From positions 270,001 to 334,000 of the forward strand of contig DJLZ01000001.1 in assembly GCA_002436405.1 (NCBI GenBank): a DNA stretch of 64,000 bases, written 5' to 3'. Within the stretch, counting starts at the first letter, position 1, and each line of letters starts with the position of its first letter. Source of the DNA: Proteobacteria bacterium UBA6503. Its GTDB lineage: Bacteria > Pseudomonadota > Alphaproteobacteria > UBA1280 > UBA6503. The notes under the pieces were generated by a model. That model did not search any database and was not told the DNA's origin. It saw nothing but the letters and a program-made list of their open reading frames with translations. Positions 10,058 to 18,520 of this stretch are shown piece after piece. The position numbers were made by a program, and so were the translations under genes.

Positions 10058-10432
10058 ATGCTTATGGCTCTCTTCGCCATCCTCGTTTTGTGTGGCATGG
10101 CCGCCAACTTTGCTGACATCAGCATTCAACTTGCGGTCTTCCTCGGCACTATGCCCGCCATGCTCTATATGGTTTTTTGCCGCTGGTCGACGCCCAAGCC
10201 GCGCAACCGTCTGTTCATCCTGATGACCCTCGCCACCGTGCACATTGCGCATGCTGGGGCAGGCGCCGCCCTCGATGGCGATACCCTCATCGCCGTTATC
10301 TTGGGCCTGTTTTTGCTAGCCTGGTCCTACGCCACGCTTGGCGTTGCCAGCAAGATGGCCTCGATTCGAGACAATCGCCCGCATATTCTGGCGCCTCGCA
10401 AAGACAAGAACGACGAAAACCACACCGACTAA
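10058..10432 (+). CDS. Small membrane protein, cassette B, GC-rich, paralog of cassette A
   Basis: 124 aa. Shares a TVH[FI]A...G...W pattern with the preceding ORF. Strongly GC3-biased. Own promoter TTGCGC-N16-TATAAT, CT-rich leader and terminator. Confidence 0.6.
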   Translation: MLMALFAILVLCGMAANFADISIQLAVFLGTMPAMLYMVFCRWSTPKPRNRLFILMTLATVHIAHAGAGAALDGDTLIAVILGLFLLAWSYATLGVASKMASIRDNRPHILAPRKDKNDENHTD

Positions 10433-10442
10433 CGAAAACAAC

Positions 10443-10473
10443 AAAGCCCCCGCCATTATGGTGGGGGCTTTTT
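10443..10473 (+). terminator. Rho-independent terminator
   Basis: aaagcccccgccattatggtgggggcttttt. Confidence 0.7.
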
Positions 10474-10540
10474 GCGTGCCCATAATAAAACTCATAACAA
10501 ATAAAAAACGCCCCGAAAAAATTCAGGGCGTTTAAAAATC

Positions 10541-10627
10541 TGGTGCCGGTGGAGGGAATCGAACCCACACATTGTTACCAATACGAGATTTTGAGTCTCG
10601 CGCGTCTACCAGTTCCGCCACACCGGC
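10541..10627 (-). tRNA. tRNA-Leu (anticodon CAA), 87 nt with long variable arm and encoded CCA
   Basis: Reverse complement GCCGGTGTGGCGGAACTGGTAGACGCGCGAGACTCAAAATCTCGT...GGGTTCGATTCCCTCCACCGGCACCA. Anticodon loop CTCAAAA. A weak hairpin with a T6 tract lies just downstream on the minus strand. Confidence 0.85.
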
Positions 10628-10736
10628 AAGTGTGTATAACTGCATAAAGCGAACGAACATTGCCACCATGGCTGTAAAAATGCAAGCAAATTTTACAGGT
10701 GCTGCAGTATGTTAAACACTTGGCTTAGATACCTGA

Positions 10737-11009
10737 TTAGTTGCTTAGGTTATTTACCTGTACGTAACCTGCACCTTCAACTTGGGTATTAAACTGGGCC
10801 ACACCCTTTGACGTATGCTTTTCAAGCACATCCTCGCGCTGAGCAGCTGACGCATAAAACGTTGCTGCCAAACCGCCAAACAACACAAAGCCCGCAATCA
10901 CAAGAGCAATCACAAAGCGGCCAGAGGCGGCTTGGGGCTGCTTTTTAGCTAAGGCTTCAATATGTTCATGTAGCTCTCGGCGTTTGTTGTTTAAGGCGTC
11001 TGTGGTCAT
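10737..11009 (-). CDS. Small single-TM protein of unknown function
   Basis: 90 aa ORF with a central hydrophobic helix. Ends 3 nt before the XRE gene start, so probably co-transcribed. Confidence 0.4.
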   Translation of the reverse strand: MTTDALNNKRRELHEHIEALAKKQPQAASGRFVIALVIAGFVLFGGLAATFYASAAQREDVLEKHTSKGVAQFNTQVEGAGYVQVNNLSN

Positions 11010-11011
11010 TT

Positions 11012-11521
11012 TTATACTCGTTTTAGTTTTTCTTTAATAAAGTCAATAATTTCGGCGCTATCAGGCTGTTGGCCTTCTTTTGTTGCCTCGGTGTAGTAGT
11101 CAAACACACCTAAAATCAAATCTGCCTTTTCTTCAGACGTTGGCTTTGCTTTTAAGACCGCCAAAATTTGCTCTGCATCCTGAATTGCAAGGCGCAGTAC
11201 GTCACGCTCGGCAGGTGTACCCAACAATAGCTCACCAGCTTGTGGGTTACGCTTCCCTTCACCTGTTAACAACCAAGTGGGTGAAACGTTGGCCGTACGG
11301 GCAATAGCTTCAACCATTTTTTGCGAAGGCTTAACGCCACCACGCAGGTAATTACGAATCGCCCCTTCTGTTACGCCAGCAGCTTTTGCAAAACTGTTTA
11401 CACTTTTTTGCTCGGCCATAAGAGTCTTCATACGGTCAGAAAAACCACTGTCATCAACAGTTTTGGCATTTTTCGCGGGCGCAGCTGCGCTTTTCTTAAA
11501 AATCATATGTCTACATTCCAT
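11012..11521 (-). CDS. XRE-family helix-turn-helix transcriptional regulator (phage-repressor-like)
   Basis: HTH segment SVNSFAKAAGVTEGAIRNYLRGGVKPSQKMVEAIARTANVSPTWLL. Start is uncertain: ATG at 11521, 11506 or 11431, none with a good SD, so possibly leaderless. Divergent from the operator-rich intergenic region. Confidence 0.65.
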   Translation of the reverse strand: MECRHMIFKKSAAAPAKNAKTVDDSGFSDRMKTLMAEQKSVNSFAKAAGVTEGAIRNYLRGGVKPSQKMVEAIARTANVSPTWLLTGEGKRNPQAGELLLGTPAERDVLRLAIQDAEQILAVLKAKPTSEEKADLILGVFDYYTEATKEGQQPDSAEIIDFIKEKLKRV

Positions 11522-11650
11522 GCATTTTAATATTGACAAGCTCGTATTATTACGAGTTTAATCAACACATATTCGTATTAATACGTATCTAATATTTGTT
11601 TATACGTACTATTACGAATTTAGCATACACATAACAAGAAGGAAAGCCAC
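11522..11650. promoter_or_regulatory. Divergent promoter/operator region with three inverted-repeat sites of TCGTA..TACGA type
   Basis: Plus-strand promoter TTGACA (11533-38) -N18- TTTAAT (11557-62), with the inverted repeat CTCGTA-TTAT-TACGAG (11541-56) inside the spacer. Further sites CGTATTAATACG (~11574-85) and ACGTACTATTACGA (~11604-17). Confidence 0.55.
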
Positions 11651-11989
11651 ATGACCCCAACACCACTAAACACCTGCAATGTTGTGCCGTTAAAAGTACC
11701 GCTCCCTTATGTTTTATACCGCTGGTTTGACGTGCCTGTTAACCACCCCAACCGAGCTGAAATCCTTTTATTCAGAACCGTTATCCTCGACGCTTTCTAC
11801 GACCTTGCTAAAAAGTGCCCTAAGGCCGAAGCTTGGCTCCTCACCCCTTCTGCTGACTTAGCTGAAGTTGCCGACTTTGCCTGCGTCACCCCTGATCAGA
11901 TTGAGTCTATTGCTCATTCTATTAAAGCAGGCGTTATAAAATTACCTGCCTGGCGTATATGGCGCTACACATGGTCAGACGTCCAATAA
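11651..11989 (+). CDS. Hypothetical protein, divergent from the XRE regulator
   Basis: 112 aa, SD aggaaag, no recognisable domain. Confidence 0.45.
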   Translation: MTPTPLNTCNVVPLKVPLPYVLYRWFDVPVNHPNRAEILLFRTVILDAFYDLAKKCPKAEAWLLTPSADLAEVADFACVTPDQIESIAHSIKAGVIKLPAWRIWRYTWSDVQ

Positions 11990-12144
11990 AAGGTTGGTGT
12001 ATCGCATTTGTGCGATAGTGACTAATGCATTTCTGGAGGGCAACCTTTTGCCGCTTTACCTCTGCAAAAAACAAACTACTTTGTGGCAACAAAACAACAA
12101 CAGCGCTGCACTTCTACAGGCTGTTTAAATAACAAGGGGGAAAT

Positions 12145-12309
12145 ATGAAAAATGCCGTTCTAGGAACTTGCATGATAAATCTATGCTTAGGCTTTGTGAC
12201 GCTGTATAGCATCAACTTAAAGCCGAATAGCTATAACACGCACCTAAATGTGTGCCAAAACAGCCAAGCATTTATTTATAATATTAGCACCACGCCGCAA
12301 TGCCTTTAA
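12145..12309 (+). CDS. Candidate small Cys-containing peptide (54 aa)
   Basis: Strong SD AAGGGGG 7 nt before the ATG. MKNAVLGTCMINLCLGFVTLYSINLKPNSYNTHLNVCQNSQAFIYNISTTPQCL, 4 Cys, hydrophobic N-terminus. Below the ORF-track size cut-off. A bidirectional terminator follows. Confidence 0.3.
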   Translation: MKNAVLGTCMINLCLGFVTLYSINLKPNSYNTHLNVCQNSQAFIYNISTTPQCL

Positions 12310-12335
12310 GGCGCTGGCATAATGAAAGGGAAGGA

Positions 12336-12668
12336 CTAACCCTTCCCTTTCATTTTTTCAACCGTACGTAGCGTGCCATATATCCCTAAAACTGAGCCTG
12401 TTAACCAGACCATCTGCTCAACAGGCATGGCAAAGGTTTTACCTGTGAACATTTCAAATATCGGATTTACCACAAACTGCATCATCCAACCAATCGCCGA
12501 AACCCAAAGTAAAGCTGGCCGGCCACCCGCTACAAACCATGACCGATGCAATGCTGACGCTTTATTTGCCTCAGCCTGAAGAAGTGCAGGCTTATGAGCA
12601 GGCTTCTTTGCAGCCCGCTTTCGCGTTACTTTTTCAGGTGTTTTTGGGGTGGTGGTTTTCTTTGTCAT
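12336..12668 (-). CDS. Small membrane protein with basic N-terminal tail and 2 TM helices (holin-like architecture, unverified)
   Basis: Start taken at the internal Met (MTKKTTTPKTPEK...). Lys- and Pro-rich N-terminus, then two hydrophobic helices. Confidence 0.4.
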   Translation of the reverse strand: MTKKTTTPKTPEKVTRKRAAKKPAHKPALLQAEANKASALHRSWFVAGGRPALLWVSAIGWMMQFVVNPIFEMFTGKTFAMPVEQMVWLTGSVLGIYGTLRTVEKMKGKG

Positions 12669-12734
12669 AAAAACATCATAAATTACACACCTCGCCGCTT
12701 GCAACTTTGCCCCCAATCTTCTAGGATAGCCGCC

Positions 12735-13652
12735 ATGAAAAACGATACGCAAAACACCGCTAACACCCCAGAAAACATGCAAGGCTCAATGCGCCCTTTC
12801 ATGTTTGAAAGCCTTCCTATTCGTGGGCGCCTTTTGCGTATGCCAAACATTACCGACCAAGTGGGCAGCCTTAAAACAGGCGAAGATACTGTTGCCCAAC
12901 TTTTGGCCGAGATGCTTGCCGCCTCAGTTGTGCTTGCTTTTGACATGAAGGACAAAGCCAACATCACACTGCAAATCACCTCAAAAGGCAAACTGCCTGT
13001 GCTTCTTGCTAAGTGTAACTACAAGGGCGAGCTACGTGCGTTTGCTAAAAAAACAGCACCACTGGGCAGCGAAGAAGAAGCCCTTGAGCAACAACAAGAG
13101 AGCGTTTTCACTGTAACGGTTGATTACGGCAGCGACCGTGAGTCTTACCAATCAATCGTACCGATTGACACAAGCTCAATCAGCAGTACCGTTGAAACCT
13201 ACTTCCAACAATCAGCGCAGTTGCCAACATACTTCAAAGTATTTAGCCACGCCGATAAAGACGGCCGCACCTCATGTGGTGCCATGTTCTTGCAAGCTTT
13301 GCCAAACAAAGAACCTGTGAGCGATGATGACTGGCGCCGTATGGGTTTGTTGCTATCAACCCTTAAGCCAGAAGAAGTCCTCCCTGGTGAAAAACAAGAT
13401 ATGGAACTAATTGGCAGCCTGTTTGCTGAAGATGACGTGCGTGTTTTCCATAAGCAGCCATTGTCATTTGCATCGTCATCAAACCGCCAACGCATGCTTG
13501 AAGCCTTGAAAAACCTTGGTGTGGACGAATGCCGCCAACTGCTTGAAGCTGAAAACGGCAAGCTTGAAGTCACCGACGAATACACAGGTGCAGCTGAAAC
13601 TTTTACCGAGGCTGACATTGCAGCCCTCTTTGGCGACGACTGGCAAAAATAG
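12735..13652 (+). CDS. hslO: Hsp33-like chaperone lacking the C-terminal zinc/cysteine redox switch
   Basis: Alignable to HslO (IRGRLL, YFQQSAQLPTYFKV, GAMFLQALP). The position of the CxC...CxxC zinc centre reads ASSS...DECRQ. Start at ATG 12735 after agccgcc. Confidence 0.6.
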   Translation: MKNDTQNTANTPENMQGSMRPFMFESLPIRGRLLRMPNITDQVGSLKTGEDTVAQLLAEMLAASVVLAFDMKDKANITLQITSKGKLPVLLAKCNYKGELRAFAKKTAPLGSEEEALEQQQESVFTVTVDYGSDRESYQSIVPIDTSSISSTVETYFQQSAQLPTYFKVFSHADKDGRTSCGAMFLQALPNKEPVSDDDWRRMGLLLSTLKPEEVLPGEKQDMELIGSLFAEDDVRVFHKQPLSFASSSNRQRMLEALKNLGVDECRQLLEAENGKLEVTDEYTGAAETFTEADIAALFGDDWQK

Positions 13653-13767
13653 CACACAACTGTTGCTTAACCTTCCTTATAGCCTGCCTTACATTTGACA
13701 AAGTGGCGCAAATGAGCCGAAAATGAATCTACAGATTTCTAAATTTAAAGAAGGACGCATTGCTCGA

Positions 13768-14238
13768 ATGAACAAGGCTACTACAAAATCACTTTCTAAA
13801 GTCTTCGGCTTTTTGGCGCTAATGGTCGTTGTTGGCGGTCTATACGGCTGTAACGGCAACATGTACTTCCGTCCTGACCGTACTGCAGTTGATGAATCAG
13901 GTAACCCACGTACAGTGACCGAAGCCCGCTCACTAGAAGAAGGCATCATTCAGGCCTTCCCTGATCTACCTGTTCCGGCAAGCCACAAAATTGACCTTGT
14001 TGAGAGTGTCATCTTCTCAAGCCCAACCCAAACCGTTGGTAAAATTGTTCTACGTGGCCGTGCCGACAGCGCAAGCCTATACCGCTTCTTTGAAGATTCA
14101 ATGGCCGCTAAAGGCTGGAGCACCGTTAACGCGTTCCAATCTTCAGTGTCATCACTTTACTTTGCAAAACCAGGCCGCTTTGTAGCGATTGTTATTACGC
14201 AAGATAGCACCGTTTACATTAACATTGGCCCTGAGTGA
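13768..14238 (+). CDS. Lipoprotein of unknown function
   Basis: Lipobox VVGGLYGCNG. ~156 aa from the internal Met with an AAGGA SD. Confidence 0.45.
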   Translation: MNKATTKSLSKVFGFLALMVVVGGLYGCNGNMYFRPDRTAVDESGNPRTVTEARSLEEGIIQAFPDLPVPASHKIDLVESVIFSSPTQTVGKIVLRGRADSASLYRFFEDSMAAKGWSTVNAFQSSVSSLYFAKPGRFVAIVITQDSTVYINIGPE

Positions 14239-14242
14239 TCCT

Positions 14243-14395
14243 ACAGACAGCGGCGCACAGGCAAAGCCTGACGCTTGCTGCAAGCCTTCGGCTTGACCGT
14301 CGGTAACCTCGGGCTTTGGCCCTTCCGGATACCGTCCTACTCGCTCTCGGCTCGCAGTGCCCCATTAAAAAAGGCTCCGGAAGGAGCCTTTTTCT
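14243..14395 (+). ncRNA. Candidate structured small RNA ending in a bidirectional terminator (identity unknown)
   Basis: GC-rich intergenic segment with nested pairing potential: ggcaaagcc...ggctttggcc, and gcaagcc-ttcg-ggcttg. Ends in the hairpin aaaaaaggctccggaaggagccttttt. Strand and ends are uncertain. Confidence 0.2.
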
Positions 14396-14509
14396 TATTC
14401 ATCAACATTTATTGCCATTTGAGAGGGATAAATTCTTTTTCGCAGGGTAACGTGTATTTCTATACACGCGCCCAAGAAAGAGGGTTTAACACCTCAAACT
14501 GGCAGTAAA

Positions 14510-14908
14510 TTATCGATTATCGCCGCTGCCGGTGATAACACCACGTGCCTTACGGCTTTCTAGCTTCGCTACGTTCTTGGCTAGAGTTTCGGTAAGGTCA
14601 ACGTCAAGCACGCTTGATAGGCGGCCCATGTACCACATTACGTCGCCTAGTTCTTTTGCGAGTTCGGTACGCAGGTCTTGGTTGTCGCCATCACGGAAAA
14701 GCTTTTTAACTTTGTTTGCAACTTCACCAGCTTCGCCAACTAGGCCCAAAGCAAGGTACATCAACTCTTCAACGTTGCCAGTTTCAGCGTGTGGGTACAT
14801 GGCTGTTGTTACTGTCCAATCTTGGTACTCTTTTAGAGTAATTGTTGGCGCTGAGGTTGTGTCGGTGGTTTTTTCTGCAAGGTTGCTCATAGTAAGCTCC
14901 ATTCCCAA
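14510..14908 (-). CDS. MazG-like nucleoside triphosphate pyrophosphohydrolase (small all-alpha type)
   Basis: 132 aa. EELMYLALGLVGEAGEVANKVKK...ELGDVMWY motif pattern of MazG/HisE-type NTP-PPases. Confidence 0.65.
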   Translation of the reverse strand: MGMELTMSNLAEKTTDTTSAPTITLKEYQDWTVTTAMYPHAETGNVEELMYLALGLVGEAGEVANKVKKLFRDGDNQDLRTELAKELGDVMWYMGRLSSVLDVDLTETLAKNVAKLESRKARGVITGSGDNR

Positions 14909-15035
14909 ATTTGATATTACGGTTGCACCTTTATAGGTACGTTTCGATTGCGTGCCTATATTACAACACCTCTTCGATTATGGCTATGCCCTAATTATAT
15001 ATTCACGCCCTTAAATAAACTTGGTACTTTTAAGT

Positions 15036-15938
15036 ATGAACACACAACAGCACCGCACCCGTATTGCCCCTTCGCCCACAGGTTATTTACACCTGGGGCA
15101 TGCATACTCTGTGTGGCTAACGCAGGCTTTGGCTAAAGCCATGGGGCTTGAGGTTATTCTGCGGATTGAAAACATCGACCACACCCGCTGTAAGCCTGAG
15201 TATGTGGCCGCTATTCCTGAAGACTTAGCGACCCTAGGCTTTACCTCAACAGACCCCATCTGGCATCAGGCTGACCGTTTTGAGGTCTACCAAGATGCCC
15301 TACACCAACTGAGTGATTTTTTATACCCGTGCACATGCACCCGTGCTGATTTGCAAGATTATACAAGCGATGTTTACCCTGGCCTCTGCCGCCATAAAAC
15401 CATGGCAGATATTACGCCAGACTCACCGCCTTATGCCCTACGCCTAAACATGGCAAAAGCCATCCAACACCTGAAAGAAAAAGGCCAATGGCCCCTCACC
15501 TTTCATGATGCTAAAAAAGGCGAAGTTACCGCCGAGCCTGAAATGCATGGCGACGTTGTACTAGCAAGGAAAGAATTTAAAACAAGCTACCATTTGTCAG
15601 TGGTGGTTGACGATGCGGCACAAAACATCACCCATATTATTCGCGGCGCAGACCTCTATGACATGACGCATATTCACCGCTTACTGCAAGCCCTCCTAGA
15701 CCTACCAACACCGCAGTACATCCACCACGGGCTTATTGCAGAAGACGGCAACGAGAAGCTTTCAAAATCAAAAGCCTCAATGCCACTACACACACTGATT
15801 CAAAACGGGCTAGACCTTGCCCCACTCAAAGCTGTTTTTGATGATGTACAAAAGATTCAGAACGAACCTGCCGAGGCCTTCTTAAAAGCCTTACCTACAG
15901 AGATTGCGGCACCGCTGTACTTTAAGGAATTTGCGTAG
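15036..15938 (+). CDS. gluQ: Glutamyl-Q tRNA(Asp) synthetase
   Basis: TRIAPSPTGYLHLGHAYS HIGH-class motif. Truncated GluRS-like catalytic domain only (~300 aa). KLSKS-like KLSKSK present. Confidence 0.8.
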   Translation: MNTQQHRTRIAPSPTGYLHLGHAYSVWLTQALAKAMGLEVILRIENIDHTRCKPEYVAAIPEDLATLGFTSTDPIWHQADRFEVYQDALHQLSDFLYPCTCTRADLQDYTSDVYPGLCRHKTMADITPDSPPYALRLNMAKAIQHLKEKGQWPLTFHDAKKGEVTAEPEMHGDVVLARKEFKTSYHLSVVVDDAAQNITHIIRGADLYDMTHIHRLLQALLDLPTPQYIHHGLIAEDGNEKLSKSKASMPLHTLIQNGLDLAPLKAVFDDVQKIQNEPAEAFLKALPTEIAAPLYFKEFA

Positions 15939-16469
15939 TTATTTACGCTTACGGTTTTTAAAAACGAAGAACAATACCGTGAGCATCACGGCCATAATAA
16001 TGGCGTTCCATGCGGCCAGCGTGAGGCCAAAAATCATAAAGTCAATTTTATCGCACGGTGGGGCCATCACAGGGTTCTGTAGTGAGGCCATAAAATCTTC
16101 CACGTTTGCAGGGATTTCAATATTCGCGCTGCTGCATCCTTCTGGCGCAGGAACAATTTTATACTGCACAAGCACCTGATACACACCCATACCAAGGCCG
16201 TAAAGCGCTGTGCCTACAACACCTAAAAACCCAAGGCAGGCCACAACAGGTACAAAGCCACCCACAATACCGCCAACCAAACCAAAACCAGCCATAGCCC
16301 AGTGGCCATAGCGCTGCAACCAGCACAAGTGACAAGGGCGCGCACCAAAGCCGTACTCAATAATAAAAGCTGAGGCAATTAACCCAAGGGCAAATACGCC
16401 TGAAATTAAAACCTGTTTATGGAGTGGCAACGCCATGCCCCATTGCCATAGTTTTTTAATTGCTTTCAT
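15939..16469 (-). CDS. dsbB: Disulfide bond formation protein B-like
   Basis: 176 aa, 4 TM. First periplasmic loop PCHLC, second loop Cys pair (EGCSS...PPCDK). Confidence 0.6.
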   Translation of the reverse strand: MKAIKKLWQWGMALPLHKQVLISGVFALGLIASAFIIEYGFGARPCHLCWLQRYGHWAMAGFGLVGGIVGGFVPVVACLGFLGVVGTALYGLGMGVYQVLVQYKIVPAPEGCSSANIEIPANVEDFMASLQNPVMAPPCDKIDFMIFGLTLAAWNAIIMAVMLTVLFFVFKNRKRK

Positions 16470-17781
16470 CTTCCGTACGCTCCAGCACTGTTAAAAAGAA
16501 ACCGTCTGTTTTAGTGGTGTGAGGGGCAAGGCGCATCATCGGCCCGCTTACAGGGCAACGACCATGCACAGTCTCTGCCTTTAGAGCTTCGGCCCAAACC
16601 TCAGCCACTGGAATAATTTTAAAACCTTTATTTTCAGAAAGGAAGCGTTCAATTTGCGCCTCGTTTTCTTCTTCAAATACCGAGCATGTGGCGTAAACCA
16701 AGCGCCCGCCTTTTGCAACCAGCGCACTAGCCTGCTGCAAAATACTTTGCTGAATTTCACACAGCTCGTCTAAACGCTCTTGGGTTAACACCCACTTAGC
16801 ATCGGGGTTGCGGCGCCAAACGCCACTCCCACTACATGGTACGTCCAGCAGCACAATATCCTGCGTTTGTTTGCGGCGTTTAAGCCAGGTGTTCTTTGTT
16901 TCGATAGGCCAAACTTGGGTTTGCACATTATCAACACCCGCGCGGCGTAGGCGCTTTTTAAGTTCACCAATTTTAGGCTCAATAATATCGCCAGCGATTA
17001 GCATACCTTTATTATCCATAGCAGCAGCAAGGGCTAGGGTTTTACCGCCAGCACCTGCGCAGTAGTCGGTAACTTTCATACCAGGCTGGGCAAGGCACAA
17101 GGCTGCAATAATTTGCGAGCCAGCGTCCTGCACTTCAAACAAACCATCACGGAAAGCCTGCATGCCAAACAGGTTGCCTGGGTTACTAAGGCGCACGCCA
17201 TTAGCACTTAGCGGTGTCACTTCACCTTCAAGGCCATCGTCTGCCAAAATCATGGCGACGCGGTCTTTTTTGCCTTTAAGCAGGTTCATACGAATATCAG
17301 TTGGGGCTTGCTCGTTTAGGGCTTCCATTGCCTCGTGCAAGCGCTCATCAAAAGCTTTAAGAAGTAGCTTACCTGCCCATGCTGGGTAGTTTAGCTTAGC
17401 GTAAGTTGGGGCATGTTCCATTTTTTCAAGAATACCTTCAACGGCTTTTTCAGTGCCATTAAGGGGGCGTGGGGCAAAACGTTCACCGTGGAACGTTTGT
17501 GATAAGTCTTGGCCTTCTAGTAGCATTTGACCAGCCACCCGCAGGCGTGCCGTTGGCTGTAGTTCAACCTGCTGCAAAGCCCAATCAATCAAACCTTGTT
17601 GGCGCAGCGTGCTGTACACCTGCTCGGCAATCGCTTTTTTATCTTTGCTGCCAATGTAACGGTTATTACGGAAGTAAAATGACATCACACGGTCAACAGG
17701 GCGTGAGATTTCTTCAGCTTCAGCTAAAATTTCGATAGCGGCTTGGGTTTGTGCATACGGCTGCATATTGAGCTCCTTCAT
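16456..17781 (-). CDS. rsmB: 16S rRNA m5C methyltransferase RsmB/Sun family
   Basis: 441 aa. SAM-binding DYCAGAGGKT, catalytic DVPCSGSGVWRRNPD, N-terminal NusB-like domain. Confidence 0.85.
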   Translation of the reverse strand: MKELNMQPYAQTQAAIEILAEAEEISRPVDRVMSFYFRNNRYIGSKDKKAIAEQVYSTLRQQGLIDWALQQVELQPTARLRVAGQMLLEGQDLSQTFHGERFAPRPLNGTEKAVEGILEKMEHAPTYAKLNYPAWAGKLLLKAFDERLHEAMEALNEQAPTDIRMNLLKGKKDRVAMILADDGLEGEVTPLSANGVRLSNPGNLFGMQAFRDGLFEVQDAGSQIIAALCLAQPGMKVTDYCAGAGGKTLALAAAMDNKGMLIAGDIIEPKIGELKKRLRRAGVDNVQTQVWPIETKNTWLKRRKQTQDIVLLDVPCSGSGVWRRNPDAKWVLTQERLDELCEIQQSILQQASALVAKGGRLVYATCSVFEEENEAQIERFLSENKGFKIIPVAEVWAEALKAETVHGRCPVSGPMMRLAPHTTKTDGFFLTVLERTEDESN

Positions 17782-17802
17782 CTTTCACGTTACAATGCCA
17801 GT

Positions 17803-18198
17803 ATGTATTACAGATGTATAGCGCTTTCAATGTTTGTTGTGTTTTCAGTGGGGACTGCCGTTGCCCAAACGCATACGCCTGCTCATGCACCAATGCAGCC
17901 TCAAGCTGATATTTCACCACAGAAGATGCAAGCCCTGCTCGATGCCTCGGCTGAGCTTGACCGCTTTTTTGAATCACATTACCGTAAGCTTGAGCGTGCC
18001 CGCCCAGATGAAATCCCAGCCTTGCAAGAAGCTCTTACAACCGAGCCTAAGGCCATTCTTCAACGCCATAACCTGACCCGTGAAGACCTTACAGCATGGC
18101 GCCAGCGCCTTGAAGCCCATGGCGATATCCCGACAGAGGACATGGAAGACCCGCACTATAACCACGTTGTAAAACGACTCATGCCACGCCAGCCCTAA
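17803..18198 (+). CDS. Periplasmic protein of unknown function
   Basis: Signal peptide MYYRCIALSMFVVFSVGTAVAQ from the internal ATG. ~131 aa. Confidence 0.4.
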   Translation: MYYRCIALSMFVVFSVGTAVAQTHTPAHAPMQPQADISPQKMQALLDASAELDRFFESHYRKLERARPDEIPALQEALTTEPKAILQRHNLTREDLTAWRQRLEAHGDIPTEDMEDPHYNHVVKRLMPRQP

Positions 18199-18246
18199 TT
18201 GCTTAGGTGCCCACGTGGCATGTTTTTAAACGTACGTTCTGGGTGT

Positions 18247-18486
18247 CTAGAAGATAAGTGTTAGCAGAAGCGCTACCATAAAGGTAATACCCATCGCAAT
18301 GAATGGGTTTTCTTTTACCCAGTCACGCACTTCATCTTTTGTTGGGCAGCCACCCATAAACAGATCGCCAAACACTTTGCTATGGCTGTTTTCCATCATC
18401 GACTCAATTTTCGCGATGCGTAGCTCAAGCTCAGCAATTTGTTTATCAGTGTCTTTTACCACTTCGTTTTTCTTTTTCTCAGCCAT
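18247..18486 (-). CDS. Small C-terminally membrane-anchored protein (coiled-coil N-terminus)
   Basis: 79 aa. Charged N-terminal helix, C-terminal TM FIAMGITFMVALLLTLIF. Confidence 0.4.
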   Translation of the reverse strand: MAEKKKNEVVKDTDKQIAELELRIAKIESMMENSHSKVFGDLFMGGCPTKDEVRDWVKENPFIAMGITFMVALLLTLIF

Positions 18487-18520
18487 TGTTATGCTCCTCA
18501 GCGTATAGGGTTAATAAGAG

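Noticed and set aside
14243-14400. Possible SRP (4.5S) RNA
   Set aside because: Only a partial tCCGGAAGG match to the helix-8 consensus. Flanking conserved nucleotides differ. Kept only as an unnamed structured-RNA candidate.
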